Assembly (NCBI GenBank): GCA_051294905.1
Contig: CM119372.1
Coordinates: 3,598,001-3,662,000, forward strand
DNA length: 64,000 nt
Direction: 5' to 3'
From: Botryllus schlosseri
Taxonomy: Eukaryota
Positions 27,700 to 41,813 of the stretch are shown here, piece after piece. Each line of letters starts with the position of its first letter. Position 1 is the first letter of the stretch. The position numbers and the translations under genes were made by a program. The notes under the pieces were generated by a model. The model saw only the letters and a program-made list of their open reading frames with translations, had not been told where the DNA came from and ran no database searches.

Positions 27700-28480
27700 C
27701 AACGCCCTTAAAGCATTTATGAAGTCTAGCGTGTGCAGCCAATTGAATAAGCTAGTCTTACCACATCTGAGTTAAAAGGATAATGCAGGAAACAAGTCTT
27801 CGAGTCTAAATAATCTACTTATGTGTTACATAAGCGTCTATCTATACCAGGGGCGGGCAATATACGGCCATCGGGTCGGATCCGGCCCGCAGAGAGTTTC
27901 TACCTTGGAAGTGGAATTCTATTCTGAAAATATTGACAAAGCTATGCGTCACAGAATGAATCCCAGTTGGCCAACCTGAGAAATGTGGACATGAAACTAC
28001 TTGCTCTGTTCGGATCTACATACATTTTCGACCATGAGCATTAACGAGACAAGGCTGCGTTCTAATATAACTGTTATAAACGTGCAGTCTTTACTACGGG
28101 TTGCTACATACGACATGCAGCCAGAGCGTAAAGAACTTGTTGACAACTTTTGCCGACCACAGATGTCTGATTGACTTTAACGGCTATTGTAAACAAATTC
28201 ATTAAACACTGTTTATGGTCTCTATACGCTTTAAACCTAAAGTTTCCATTAAATACTATTTTTCCTTGTATAGGTGGATAAATACACGATCAATGTATAT
28301 ATTCTGTAATCCGGCCCACCAAGTACTTTATTCACCCATATCCGGCCCGCCGACAGGAGAAGTTGCCCGCCCCTGAATTATATACCCATATCTATAATTT
28401 CATTTTATAGTGATCTGATCCATAGGTTTCAGTGGAAATAATTGCCGACTTTACATCATATTTTGCACAATTGGTATTTT
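27700..28480 (+). repeat. Degenerate local duplicate of the last LRR exon, intron and terminal exon
   Basis: 27700-27790 copies 27323-27410; 28392-28470 copies 27483-27565; split by a MITE. Confidence 0.8.
27848..28375 (+). mobile_element. hAT Charlie/Buster-type deletion derivative
   Basis: CAGGGGCGGGCAA / TTGCCCGCCCCTG TIR; internal LFGSTY and STMSINETRLRSNIT..LLRVAT..MQPE..LV transposase C-terminal remnant. Confidence 0.85.
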
Positions 28481-29242
28481 AGTAGTAAATATGTATTCAA
28501 ATAACTATTTAGTCAGCTTGCCTTCGCTTGTGTTGATTGTAGGCCCATATTATTTTACATTACACCTTCTAACAAAAATTTAGTAGAGTCGAATTTTAAA
28601 TGTTTACTAAACCATGAGCTGATTTTTAAATATTTCTTAAACCATATTCCTGAGGATGACATGTTCCTAGCATTTCTTTCCAAAAGTGTCGTTTAAAAAT
28701 GTTAAAGCGTTTTAAACTTCCAGCACCCTGTATTTCAGGCTCCTATTCGCAATTCCTTGTACCACCGATGTGCTGTGACGTCACAGTGATCCACCATTCA
28801 AGTTCATTATAATGATCTTTTCTAGTTTTCAGTCTCAGCTCATGCTCGGCAAAAAATCCCAAATTCTGTTCGCGTTGTTCTGTAAACGGACGCCTCCTGA
28901 TTGTATCGATAGAGTAATGTGATTATCATGCAAATTTAAGCAGTCTTCTGATCGTTTTCGCTATGTCTTGAGTTTTTATAGAAGTTCAAACAAGGGAAAT
29001 ACAATTTAAAGATAGTAAAATACAAATTAAAGATAGAAGTAAGGTTCCGTTATGCTTATGAGCTTAAATTTGGCAACTTGGCAACTCATGTGATATGTGG
29101 TACGTGTCGATCGAATTTTGAAGGCTGCTGGCTTGGGAGAGAACGGCATACAATGGCATTGGTCCCCCCAAGAATCTTGAGGAAACCGCAAACTATATAG
29201 ATGAGTGTTATTTCTGTATGGTTGACGTTTCAGGGTCTAAAA

Positions 29243-30929
29243 CAGTGGTTCTTAACCAGAGATGAGCATGGATTAGGATTAGGTTTTGAAAAAACAGGAT
29301 TTGTGAAATTATGTCGGATTTGGATTGGATTTGGATTAGAGATTTTTTTCAGAACGGATTAGGATTTGGATTGGATTTACCTAATTCCTGGGAGATTGAA
29401 ATGTCGTGTGGCGAATGGAGACAAACTTTATTCAGATCAGTGATTAATGTACTTATGGTTACTAAGTTATCTTGAATCAAGTGAATCGTTGGTTGTGAAA
29501 GAAAATTTTCGAATCCCTCCATTGCATAAATTAGTATTTTTTCTAAATTTCCAGTTAGAATCGGATTAGGATTGGACATGGACTTGAATATGAAAAAGTT
29601 ATGGATTAGGATTTGGATTTGGATTTGAAGGTTCGGATTTGGATTGGATTAGGACATAGAAATTTCAAATCCGCTCATCTCTGTTCTTAACCTTGCCTCC
29701 AGCGCCCCCCAAGGGGCGATTTTGATTTTGAAGGGGGCGGAAACGCTCAGGGGGCGATATGGGGGGCGATGGGCTCAGGGGGGAGGTACGGGGGCGCTGG
29801 AGCAAAATGGCTTCGCAGTAGATAGTGTAGTATAGTAAAACATATCATTAACGAGTTTTCAGAGCAAATTAAGATTCGACAAAACATGTCAAATCTCGAA
29901 ATTTTTCGACGATGTTTGCTACATATATGTTCTCACAAAAATTACACATCAATTTCTGACGGTTTATACAAGTTTTTCACTTTTGTTTTCGCGCTGCGCG
30001 CGAATTACCGTTGCCAAATTTTTAATTATTGAGTAGCCTACCCTTCCCCACGAAAACATACGCATTATTTATCGAAAATAGTAATAGGCATTTCGGCGTA
30101 GGCCATTACCACACCACGAGGCACGAAGACATATGAAGTTTCAGCCAATATGGGACTCCGAGAAATGTGCCAAAACATCGTCAGCGAAAAAACATTTCCT
30201 GAAAAGAATTGCCCTCATGTTGACCGTAAATTTCTATATAAATATGCCTGATTGTCCAGTTTAAATGGCCCGTGCCGAATTGTCATGTCGTGACAATCTG
30301 AACCCCACATGACAAATAACATCCAATAAAGAAAAATTATTTGATATTGAAGAAATACCAATTTTGAATCGTGTGCTTATCTTGGTTTAATACGTTTATG
30401 CGATTTCAATGTCTTTTGACTATAATAGCCAGCGGATAACAGCTCACAAAATAACAACATGCAACGAAGTATTTTTACCAACGGGCCCGCCCGAATATAT
30501 TCAATTATTAATTACGTGAATGCATTATCCAAGACAACAGCTCATTCAAAGATATCGGTGAATCTTATGGCGTGGGCTGACAGGATAGGAAATGATAGCG
30601 ATATATATGCAATTACCAATATTCTTGTCCGATTCATTCATCCGTTATAAAGAGAAAATTTTCGCGCCTAGGCAACAAGGCCTCATAAAACTTTGCTCAA
30701 CATCAAAATCACGAGACGCTGGGTCTTGGGGAAAGCTCCACAGAAGTTAGGTTTATCACCTTATCGGGGCCCAAGACCAAAGTTTTTTGAGGGGGCAAGC
30801 GAATTGCTGTTACGGCCTGTCCTTTTACCAATTGATTTTATCACAGTCTTTGAAATATGGTGTGGGGGGCGCTAGAGCACTGAAAGTTTTGATAGGGGGC
30901 GCTGGAAGAAAAAAGGTTAAGAACCACTG
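29243..30929 (+). mobile_element. hAT-type MITE, CAGTGGTTCTTAACC family
   Basis: TIR CAGTGGTTCTTAACC, GGGGCG subterminal repeats, TSD gtctaaaa/gtttaaaa. Confidence 0.85.
29257..29683. mobile_element. GGATT-repeat MITE inserted inside the TIR of the previous element
   Basis: CAGAGATGAGC / GCTCATCTCTG termini, perfect TSD ttcttaac; reverse-oriented relative at about 44450-44866. Confidence 0.85.
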
Positions 30930-31914
30930 GTTTAAAATAACTCAAAACCGACGTGACATTACGTATACATCCACACCATCTTCTATAGCCCCTGCTCCGC
31001 ATAGCAGTGAGTTGACTCTGCCCAGACCAATATGCCAAAAAACGCCAGAATATTCAGTCAGGTTCGAAGATACTGTTGATATCTCTAATACTAATACATA
31101 CATAAATTCAGATTCAAGGTTGAAACAATTGACTTGTTAAATTCATCATTTCGATGTTCTTCGTCTCATCGTCGAGAAAAAGATATGGAAGATTCTCAAG
31201 GCATTTTCTCTTTGCTTCTGCAATAATGTAACAATAATGTAATGAGTCGGAGTCTCAAAAATATTTAGTACGCCTTGGAGTTGGAGCCGGGAAAAAAATA
31301 CTGGCTGGAGTCGGGGTCGGAGTTTGGGAATATGCTCCTGACTCCGACATCTTTAATATGAAAACAAGTGCTTTCCAGGATCTTTTAAAATAACAGATTA
31401 TTAATAATTTAGGATTTTTATGTAACATCAACCGCTGTTATTGGTATAGATATCGATAAAATTGGACATTATTTGCAAATTATAATTCAGCTGCATAGGG
31501 TAGGAAAATTGAAAGATTTCTTCGCGATGCAGATGCAAATCGGTGCAATTTTTTGAATTGTAACATAATACTGTGAAACAGAAAATATATCGTCTGGTTT
31601 TGCACGTGACAACATCACTTGTAAAACTGACGCAAATATGCTGCTTCCCACTTGACAATTTCAAAAATATTGGTAGTAGCTACTAGCTAAGGATGGGGTG
31701 AACGTGAGGTTCACGATCGCGTTCTGTGTGTGAAGTGTGAACCTCAGAAATTTAGAGGTTCATGTTCACAAACGAACCTTTCGTAGGTTCTGCACTGTGA
31801 ACCTTTTTCATCTATTAGAATTTTCACTTCATTATAACATCTTTGGTTGAAATTTATTGCGATTCAACTGTGGGCCGCTCTAAGCATGGCGCTGGTGGCA
31901 TAAAAAAATTAACA

Positions 31915-32830
31915 CTATCAATCAATCAGGTTTATTAATATTTTCATCGTTTCAAAACATCACAAGACTGCGATACAATGAAAAGATAGGAAGGTGTCGA
32001 AACAACTTGGAGTAGACTTTAAGATCAGAAACCCACTTTAGCCTAGGCGAAGTAAAGAAGAGGCATGCACTCTGAATGAAAAGTAATGCAGAGAATATAA
32101 GACGCAAGCGACAAAATGAGGTGGCATGTGGCGGAGGGCGAGGTCGATGTTAGGTCGTGGTCCGGTAATCCTAAAGGCTGGCTAGTATTCATTTAGAAGA
32201 AATTGCTTGTATTTCGAGTTGAATGCGGACATGCTCGACGACTGTCGGATAGCCGGCGAGATTCTGTTCCACAATTGGGGTCCGGCATACTTGATAGAGC
32301 AATGCGTTTTTTTGTATTCGGTCCTGATCATATGGTAGTTGTTCTTCGTTGACGCGCGTGTGCTGTGTACTTGTGCGCTTTTGTCTCCGAGGTGAAGTAG
32401 TCGTTGAAATTTGAGGGACATTGACATTGTCATTGAGTGGGGCAATCGCATTCTTGCCGGCAGCATCCCAACAAATAATTCCGTATTGTAACTTTGATAG
32501 GAATGAAGTGTTGAAAAGTATCAACAGCACCCTGACTGCAGAGTGTAGCTAAGGCGGCGAAATAGACCACATATACCTTCAATAGTTGTGGTTTGAGTGA
32601 TTGTATGTGACTCTTCCAGGAAATGTCCGAATCCAGTAAAACACCAAGGTATTTGGCATTTTTAGTGTTGGAAATTGGTTGGCCAGCGATGTCAACGGTT
32701 AGGTTATCGCACGAGTTCACGACCAATAATTGGGATTTCGCAGCGTTAACCCGAAGGCTATTATGGGACGTCCACTCATACACTCTGGGCATTTCATCAC
32801 GGGTGACGGCCTTCAAGCTTGCGGTAGTAG
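31915..32830 (-). mobile_element. CR1/L2-type LINE 3' part (RT C-terminus to tail)
   Basis: WTSHNSLRVNAAKSQLL, AKYLGVLLDSDISWKSHI, YAGPQLWNRI; (TGAT)n tail at 31917-31928. Confidence 0.85.
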
Positions 32831-33876
32831 GTGCACGAGATAGGAGATGGTCCCGCACAAACTAACGTCAATTTTCGACACTGGTCCAAACATAGAAAAT
32901 ATTTACAATTCAAAGATATTCTTTATTACGGCTCTTCAAGATCAAACTCGAATTGCGTAGCAAGGCTCCCGGTAGTCAACGCGTACCACAACCAAATCCA
33001 CACTTGTATAATGTATATCCTTCAATACATATTCGTTGACTTAGGCCAAGGCGCATGAATCTTCTTATTGCAGTGGAAATACGGAAGTGATACGGTATTC
33101 GCAGAATTTGAAGTGTTAATGGCTCAACTATATCATCCCAAAGCGAACTCCGCTGATAACTTGCCTGCCCTCAAAGCAAGATTGATTGATTTGGCACATG
33201 CCTATTGTGGATATCCTATTGATTCGGCAAATTTTTAATGACGAAGGAATGTTTTCGTGCAATAAAAGCATTGCGACAAAATCCAGACATTCACATTAGC
33301 AAAACGGATAAGGGGTCTGGGGTTGTAATCCTAAACAAACGGGATTACATACTCAAAATGGAAGCAATCTTGGGTGACGAATCAAAATTCAAGACACTTG
33401 GTCCCGCTGCAGAATTCGATAACATCGCGAAGATCGAAAGACGGCTACAGCGCCGACTATTCAATCTCAAGAAAAACGGCTCCATAACACCTGAGGTCTA
33501 CGCCTCCATCAGACCGGTCGGGGCATAGAGGCCACGTATGTACGGACTGCCAAAAACTCATAAAACCAACGTGCCCGTTCGACCAATTCCTTCTATGATT
33601 GGATCGGCTCAGCACAAGCTCGCGAAGTGGCTTATCGGTATTTTGGAACCAGTGCGTTCCATGTATGATTCGCATTGTGTCGCTGATTCGTTTACATTCG
33701 CGCACGAGATGAAAACCACCGATCTTCCAAACTCGAATATGTTTCTCGGTTCTTATGATATCGTTAGCCTCTTCACGAACGTGCCGCTGAAGGAGACCAT
33801 TGATATTTGTGCGGCCGCGGTGGTGGTGATTTAGCACCACCTTCTGCAGCAATTAGAGCTTAATGTCTCTGATGAT

Positions 33877-34473
33877 CAGGGTTGTAATGACTCGAGTCAT
33901 GACTCGACTCGAGTCCGACTCGAGTCACAATTTTCTGATGACTCGACTTGACTCGAGTCATTTTCGCAAAATTCAGAAATGACTCGACTCGACTCGAGTC
34001 AATTTGTGGATTGACTCGACTTGGACTCGAGTCATTGCGCATGACTCGAACCAAGTCATATGACTCGAGACTCAGACTTCGAAGACCGACAATTCATTGT
34101 AATTTCGAAGAATAGTTAAGTTACCACACAATTGGAATCTCGACTATTGGTACTGGTACTTGAAATTGGCGACCACGAACGGCTAAAAGTGAGGAAAATT
34201 AGTATATTATAAATGCGAACCATTCGATATCATCAAACAGAGTTATAAAGGGTGGGTTTAACAAGTCATTGACAGGAATCTGAGCAGTCAACACAATGAC
34301 TTGGACTCGACTCGAGTCATAATACTGTGACTCGGACTCGAGCCTATTTTCGCTGACTTGGACTCGGACTTGACTCGGTGGTGAATTGAAAATGACTCGA
34401 CTTGACTCGAGTCAAAACTATAAAACTGAGATTGACTTGTGACTCGGTGCCTTGTGACTTGGTTACAACCCTG
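33877..34473. mobile_element. hAT-type MITE with GACTCGAGTC arrays, inside the 3' LTR
   Basis: CAGGGTTGTAA / TTACAACCCTG TIR, TSD ctgatgat/ctgataat. Confidence 0.85.
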
Positions 34474-35930
34474 CTGATAATCTGTATAGAAGTACAGCTA
34501 ACCAATCGTCTCGGTGCTTGGCTATACAATACTTATCTCGAGAAGCTGTTGCCTTGGGTGAAGTTCTTCGTAACAGATATATGCTCAATACAATCAGTTT
34601 ATTCAGACGTTTGCAGTAGTTGCGTATAGAGTCTCATAATCAAAAGTAATCTCTCACACGTGTTACATACACTTATATAGAGTGTCAAGACATCACAACA
34701 AGAAGTAGTTTCTTATTCGATACATAGCGGAATATCATGGACGAGTGATCACAGCTGGATAGCTACACAGTCTCTTCTCGAAAAGGAACTTAATTAGGGG
34801 TAATTAAGGGAAAAGCCAATTAGATTATACGACCATGAATGACAAAATCGATTTACTATGTCGAATGGAAATTTGGTACAGAAGGGTCACCCCGTCCCCC
34901 ATTAAAAGGAGATCGGTTAGTGACAATTACGAGTAAAGACTTTAAATTTCAACGACCTTTAAAGTAATTACCTGCAATGTTATCAAACAAACAAATGTGA
35001 ATTAGGCCTATACAGTTTCAGTTTTAGAATGAGAATTGCACGAGTAAGGTTTTATACTGCTTTTCTAATATACAAGTTATCCTAAATGGAATAACACAAA
35101 ACCATTTAATCCTAAGCAAAAAGTAAGCCTAAACAAATACAAATTCATCCACGTGACAACCCAATTCATCATGAGTGGTATCGCCACTGTTAACATGAAG
35201 GCAAAATTAACTTCAGTGTGTGGCCGGTATATATACAATAGTGGCCAGTTTAACATTGCAATATCTCGGTCGATATTGTACTGTGACTTAGGGTAACCAA
35301 CATACCCAAGTCCGCGTAAACTTCAGTTTCGGGCCGTGGCCCATATATGCACAAGTGTGTTCCTGGTCAGTGAAATTGGTACAAAATCTCGATCGATAAT
35401 GTACAGGTGTTTCCGGCGTACAACTTGTTACTCAACTCATGTGTGCCTGCACTGTCGTGCACATGCATGTTTCCTCTGGGGTCTGGCATCGTCTCGGGTT
35501 GTAAGAACTGCGTAATTTTCGTCTGCGATCTGGTTTGTCTGATTGACACAGACTTCAGCGTATATATCGCTCACTTAGACGCTGTGCGGGGTTGAAGATA
35601 CGACGTGGCTACGTACGCTTGTTGGCGCTGTCGGGTCTTCCAATGATCGCAGAATTGGGATATCGTCGGTCGGTTAATCGATAATTCGCGGTATATCGTT
35701 GTCGTTTCGTCGGTGGAATAGCGGCGCACTGTCGGTATGCGACGGCACGTGGTGTCAGAATCGTCCCGATGCCAGATTGTTGTTTTTGAATTTGTTGAAA
35801 TCGTGTCGATGACTTCGCACACATGAGTAGAAGCTTGGTACGCCGGAACGCGAAAGCATGGACGACGGACACGTATTTTCGTCAATTCTGTAAAAACCTC
35901 ACGACAGCATGACGATGAAAGGGAATATAC

Positions 35931-38436
35931 CAGTGTGGGGATGACTCGAGTCATGACTTGACTCGAGTCAGACTCGAGTCACCTTTTTCGCATGACTTGA
36001 CTTGACTCGAGTCACTTTGCCAAAATGACTTGACTTGACTTGACTCGGCGTATCAGAAATGTGGATTGACTCGTGACTCGGAGCAAAATTCACGAGTCCA
36101 TTTCAAGTCATCAATTAATCGGTGTCGATAAAAATCACTGTACGGTATCTTGCATATGTTCTGATTTTTCGCGAAACGCTGGTGTAACCCGTGAAAGCGA
36201 CCAATCATTCAATGATCGTGCGTTTTATTGACCCTCCAGTGTTCTCTCACAAATAAATTGACCAATGACCACAAACGAAGTGATCGAAGCTTACAGCTTA
36301 CGTTGTCGTAATAGTAGTAAAGTAATATAATAGAAAATTATGTATTTCTGTTCTCTGTTCTTACCTTAAGCAAACCTCTTGTTTTATTGATTATTTTGAA
36401 TTCGAATAGTTTATACACTCCTCAACCCTTGGCGCAGGCTCAAATTGTATCATATCAATATGTAAATGGGTAAAGGGTAATGTATTGCATCATATCAATT
36501 CGTTTCTCTATTCTCTATTTTGGTTGGTAACTATAAACCAGTGGTTCTTAACCTTTTTTCCTCCAGCACCCCCTTTCAAAAATTATCGTGCTTCAGCGCC
36601 CCCCCCCCCCAACTTCATATTGTAAGGAATGTAATAAAGACAATGAGTAAGAGGGAGGGCCGCAACATCACTTCGTTAACCCCTATAAAAACGATTGCCT
36701 TGCGCACCCATAGCGTGATAAACCGAACTTCTGAGGGCTTCGCCCCCACGAACCCCGTATCGTGATTTTGATGGTCAGCAAAGTTTGTGTGGCCTGGTCG
36801 CCCTGGGTACCAAAATTTTCCATAATGCATGAAGGAATAGGTGGTAATTACATATATAAGTCGCTATAAACTTTTTATCCTCTCAGCCCACGTAATCAGA
36901 TTTACCAGTAGCACTGAGCGAGCTGTTGTATAGGAAAATAAAGGGCACGTAATTAATAATTAAACATATTCGGGCGTGCCCGCAGGTACAATTATTTGTT
37001 ACCAGGGCCGTAACAGCACTTCGTCAGCCCCCCCCCCCCCAAACAAAAAACGTTGGTCCTGGGCTCCCATCGGGTGATAAACCAAACTTCCGTGGGACTT
37101 CACTCCCAGACCCCCATTAGGCTGTCCGCAATTTGCTGATAGCCTATTAGGTATCTACATTGGGTGTCCATTTACTGAGGCAGCTATTCTCGCCTATTCG
37201 CGCGAAGTGCGAAAAATTTCACTAATTAATGATTGAATTGGTCAATATCATCGGGAATTGCATGTAAATTGAGATCAATTTTTATCCTCTCTCTGCTCAC
37301 GTGAACACATTTACCGGTAGAGCTGAGTGAGGTGCAATGTTCCCTGTAAGCTGCGCACGTGCGCAGTGCTGACACGGTCTCTGCACACAGAAAATCTACG
37401 TTGCGCACAACAAATCCGGAGTTATTACCTTTTTTTAGTCGTTACGCACTGTTGTCCAAGGGTCAGCGCAGTGAGTTGTTGAGTGTGCGCAGACTCATCA
37501 AAACTTAAAGCGAACATTGTGAGGTTTCTTGGAAACTGTGGGGCCCGTTACTAATAATTAAACATATTCGGGCGGGCGAACCCGTTGGTATGACTTCGTT
37601 GCATGATGGTATTTCGTGACCCTCTGTCTGCAATATCAAAAAATATAGAATCGCTCAACGGGGATATCGCCCAACAGGAATATCCCTGTCGCCCAATCGT
37701 ACCAAACTAAAAGACGCACACGATTTCAGATTGGTATTTCTTCACTGACATATAATTTTTCCCTGCCAGATGGAATTCGTCTTCTGGGGTTCAGATTGCC
37801 AAGACAGGAACATTCGGTGTCAGTCAGTTAGGCGCCCATGGACAATTAAACCTATATGTATTTTGAAGGCTATATATAACGAAGTTTTCGGTGTTAATTT
37901 GCTCTGAATACTCATTAAGGATATGTCCTATCACCACATCATCTACTGCGAAGCCATTTTTCTCCAGCGCCCCCCATACCGCCCCCTGAGCCCAGCGCCC
38001 CCATATCGCCCCCTGAGCGTTTCCGCCCCCCTTCAAGATCGCCAGCGCCCCCTGGGGGGCGCTGGGGGCAAGGTTAAGAACCACTGCTATAAACTGAGGC
38101 TACGTATATGTGAGCGATACAGCGCTTTCTTGGGTGTGTATTCAGCTCTATATTCGTTCATCGGTTCCAAATCAATGACCACTCAATCTCTATTTCTGAC
38201 AGCTAGCAACATGTAATGACTCATACTACCAAAAGGCTACTTGACTTGAATTTTGACTTGACTCGTGACTTGACTTGACTTGACTCGTCTTGACTCGAGT
38301 CACCTCCAAAATTCGAGTGACTTGACTTGACTCGAGTCACCTTCGAAAACCGATTGACTTGACTTGACTCGAGTCAAAATGTGCAATGACTCGAAATGAC
38401 TCGTGACTCGAAGGTAGTGACTTGATCCCAACACTG
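35931..38436. mobile_element. hAT-type element with GACTC/GACTT arrays
   Basis: CAGTGTGGGGAT / ATCCCAACACTG termini; perfect TSD gaatatac. Confidence 0.85.
36539..38086 (-). mobile_element. CAGTGGTTCTTAACC-family MITE, nested
   Basis: TIR present at both ends; perfect TSD ctataaac (36531-36538, 38087-38094). Confidence 0.9.
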
Positions 38437-40987
38437 GAATATACTAGCACGATTAGAACTAGCACAAAATAACAATACAAGCATGAAATAAAACACAAAG
38501 CCTATCAATAAGTAACCAGTCTGAGAAGGCACCGAATTTAGCAAGGTGTCAACAATATCAGAAACAATTAAAGAAATAATAAGGCACGCTGTTCGCTTAC
38601 AGCGTTGCAAGCGAGGGGTCAATCACTGGCGACTGCGGAAAAAAATGTAGGGAGCAGACGCACGAAAAATATTTTGCACGTGGCGAAAGAAAATGCAATA
38701 TGGACAGGAAGTCTGCTAAATAGCGAACTCCTAATGTAAGTCAAAACATGTCTGTTAAATTGCTATTGAAGTAATAAATTCTCGGTGTATCAGGGAACAT
38801 GGTTTGCGTAATCTTGACAGCGGATGTGCGATTGATAGGTACTGCTGAGTTTTGTAAAGCGAATTCCAAACAACTCATCACAAGTCAATCAACTTGCCAG
38901 AAACGATAAAGCAGCGCGTTATGGCGTAGTACAGAATTGATATTAATTGTTAATCGAGTCATTATAAAACTGTAAAAGCACGTAAAAATGTTACAAACTT
39001 GAAAGATACATTATAAGCCAGTTCAATGGTTGTTTGTTCAAATTTAATGGGCGTTTCAAGGGCTTAACATTGTGGGAATACCCGTTTTTCTATAGTCTCA
39101 GCAATTTCAACATGTGGTTGAAGTACGGGATAACGTTCATAGTATTGGTTGGTGTGTTTGTCATAGTTTAAGTCGTTGCAGTGCTGCTAAATGTACGCAC
39201 GCGATGCCGAGAAATATATATTAGTAGGGTAGCGTTATTAAGTTATGAATGAAATATAGCTGAATAATGAAAATATTAATAAAAAACAGAATTAAGCTAA
39301 ATCATGCTACAAAGCACGTACTCGGTAATTAAAAATCATCCCGAAGGTGGTCATATTTCAATCTTGCATGCTTATATATGAATGAATAACCTGTGGAGCA
39401 AAATGCTGACAAAAAAATTCAAACATGAAGTCTGGCCCTATCGCGTCAGGCCCTATCGCGTCAGGCCAACAAGTAAACCAGATAGCGTTTAGGTGTGGCG
39501 GGAAAAATGCTCCGTGTACACGGTCGTCTGGCGTAATCGAAAACAAATTGAAGATTTATTAGACATGTAAGTGAGTAATTACAATATCAGTCAAACTCAC
39601 ATTGGCCAGGCATGATGTTATCATATACAGAGGAGTGAAAAGGGCTGTTATGTGTCAGTGAATATGTTAAAGCTGAAATCCCTATGAAATCACTTATTGA
39701 AATGCCGTCAGAATACCATTACTCAATGTGGGGTTATGGAATGGGCCCTTTGAGAGGAAGATGCTTCATTACGGACGATCAGTTAAAGTACAATATTCGG
39801 CAAATTAGCATAATCCGGTTAGACACAATAATGGTGGAACCGAATGATGATTTCTGGCGATTATGCTGAACAAGAAATCTGTAGGCCCATTGCGAAATTA
39901 CACTTCCTTGCTAAAAGCGTTACGAATTTTAAGAAAACGTTGGGTTTAGAATCAGCGTAACGTGCACGTGCGCGTGGCGATAAAGCGTGTGCCGTCTTAA
40001 TATCGAAAGCTGAAAACCACATAGCGTTTTGAGATAAGGTTTCCGTTCAACGATCTCCGTAACTAGAATATTTCGTAATATTCACGTGTCCGATATCTAT
40101 GAATCCAAACCAATGTACGCTGTTCAGTTATTATTCGACTGAACAAGATATGACATATTAAATAGCGAATTTTATAATAGGTCTAGAGTTGAGATAAGAA
40201 CATCACGGCCGTAATGTTAATAATATTTAAAATCACCGATAACACCTTGACTTAGCGGAGGCCATTAAGCTATGAAGGTTGATAAAAATGCGTTGTAGGC
40301 ATAAATAAGATGCTGATCGACATTACAATCAATGCATATAAATCCGATACGAGACTGCGGTACTGTCAAAGGTTCTATCGTGTGGATATTGGAATGATCG
40401 CTAAGAGGCCCGCTTTAACGAAGTATATTGGTATAACGCCATTTTAATAATATTCAATAAGGAGTTGGTAAACCTTACTTAATTCCCTGAAGTGAAAACC
40501 CGATAAGACCTTTGTGAGTCGTATATTTTGTCGTGTGAACGTAGATAACAAAATATGAAATCGTACGAGGTTTTGTGCATGTACTCTCTCTCGTGGCTAT
40601 GATATATATACGTATGTAATACCACGTAGAGACATTAATTAATTCATTCATTATTCGCTGATTCGGAAGTCGATTGGCATCGCCGTACGTGATTCAATAA
40701 AGTTACAAGTCGTGGAGACAGAACAAAATATATTCGTCAGTGTGATTCATCGAATACGTGTGAAATAGACAGGTCGTGGTACGTCAGCCAACAAGGCCGT
40801 ACGGCGCGGTTACGCCGGTCCGTCAAAAGAAGAAACACGCAGCGAATTGTAAACGCAACCTTCGATTGTGGGATAAGTTAATTTTATTTGTGCACAAGAT
40901 AAATCCCATATTAACGAATTCAAGCAAAAGATATCCAAGACCTGATTCATATTCGAACATATCTTAGCGTAATATTTTGGTTGGAAA

Positions 40988-41539
40988 TCACAGATTAGTG
41001 ATACGGCGAGCGGTAGTCAAATGTATTGCGCTCGCATATTTATTCCTCTCAGAAAAACCAGCGTCGACACGCTGGGCAAAGGTCAACAGTTCCCGTATGA
41101 TAGTATATAATATGTAGTACATGTAGTATGTAATGCGCTTCATTTTGTCAACAACCAAAGTCATTTGCCTTTGCGCGTCAGTCATATGTTGTCTCAGAGA
41201 AGCTGAGCTATCATTCACTGCTGAAAGCGCGACACAATTTTGAACGGGAATGCGATTTAAATCTTGCGAGTCGACAACAGTCGAATTTTTCGCAATGTGC
41301 GCTGATAGCCGCGGCTGTCCGGAGAAATTGGCCGCGTTATTTTGACCAATTTTAGCAATTAGATTAGCTTTTGCTTCGCCTAAATACGTAGGCTCGTTTA
41401 TAACAAAGCTGCTAGGAAAAGCGTGCCTAATTCTTTCATCGGCAATACCGAGTAAAGCAGCTTCGTGCTCAACATCTTTAGCGTGACCGATTTCAGAGTC
41501 TAGTACCTCCTCAGCTGGTTGCTTATTTTTACTCGCCAT
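40988..41539 (-). CDS. Orphan 183-aa ORF at the gag position of the LTR element
   Basis: Open ORF with aaaATGG start about 260 bp after the 5' LTR/PBS; no recognisable motif. Confidence 0.45.
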   Translation of the reverse strand: MASKNKQPAEEVLDSEIGHAKDVEHEAALLGIADERIRHAFPSSFVINEPTYLGEAKANLIAKIGQNNAANFSGQPRLSAHIAKNSTVVDSQDLNRIPVQNCVALSAVNDSSASLRQHMTDAQRQMTLVVDKMKRITYYMYYILYTIIRELLTFAQRVDAGFSERNKYASAIHLTTARRITNL

Positions 41540-41813
41540 TTAGACACTTTAGTAAACACTTGTCTATGGCAAACCTCGAATATATAACGACAATACAACA
41601 ATAACACTTCAAAAATCACTAACACATACACAATTCACTAGGGGTGTCTGCTGTCATGATCGTTTTCAACAGAAATTGACAATTAAAAACGTGTACCGTG
41701 TTCGTCCGTGTGAGTGTAGAATGTCCTTGTCGTCGATAGCAAAAACGTCAGTCTCTGTATTGAAGTTGTATATCTCACGACTTTAACTCGGCGGCGCCAT
41801 GCAGCAATTAGAG

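Larger units (their letters stand above)
28840..31140 (+). mobile_element. Chapaev3-like (CMC) transposase N-terminal remnant, interrupted
   Basis: HVICGTCRSN..W.G....M...PRI.RKP, DECYFCMVDVSG, resuming after the inserted MITE with ITYTSTPSSIAPAPHSSELTLPRP. Superfamily label is from recall of similar proteins. Confidence 0.55.

Noticed and set aside
33877..34473. GACTCGAGTC and GGATT arrays resembling a CRISPR array or satellite
   Set aside because: No regular repeat-spacer period; bounded by TIRs and 8-bp TSDs in eukaryotic context.
35571..35954. ORFs in the LTR interior as env or viral cargo
   Set aside because: Short, one begins inside a MITE, and no signal peptide, TM segment or recognisable motif is visible.
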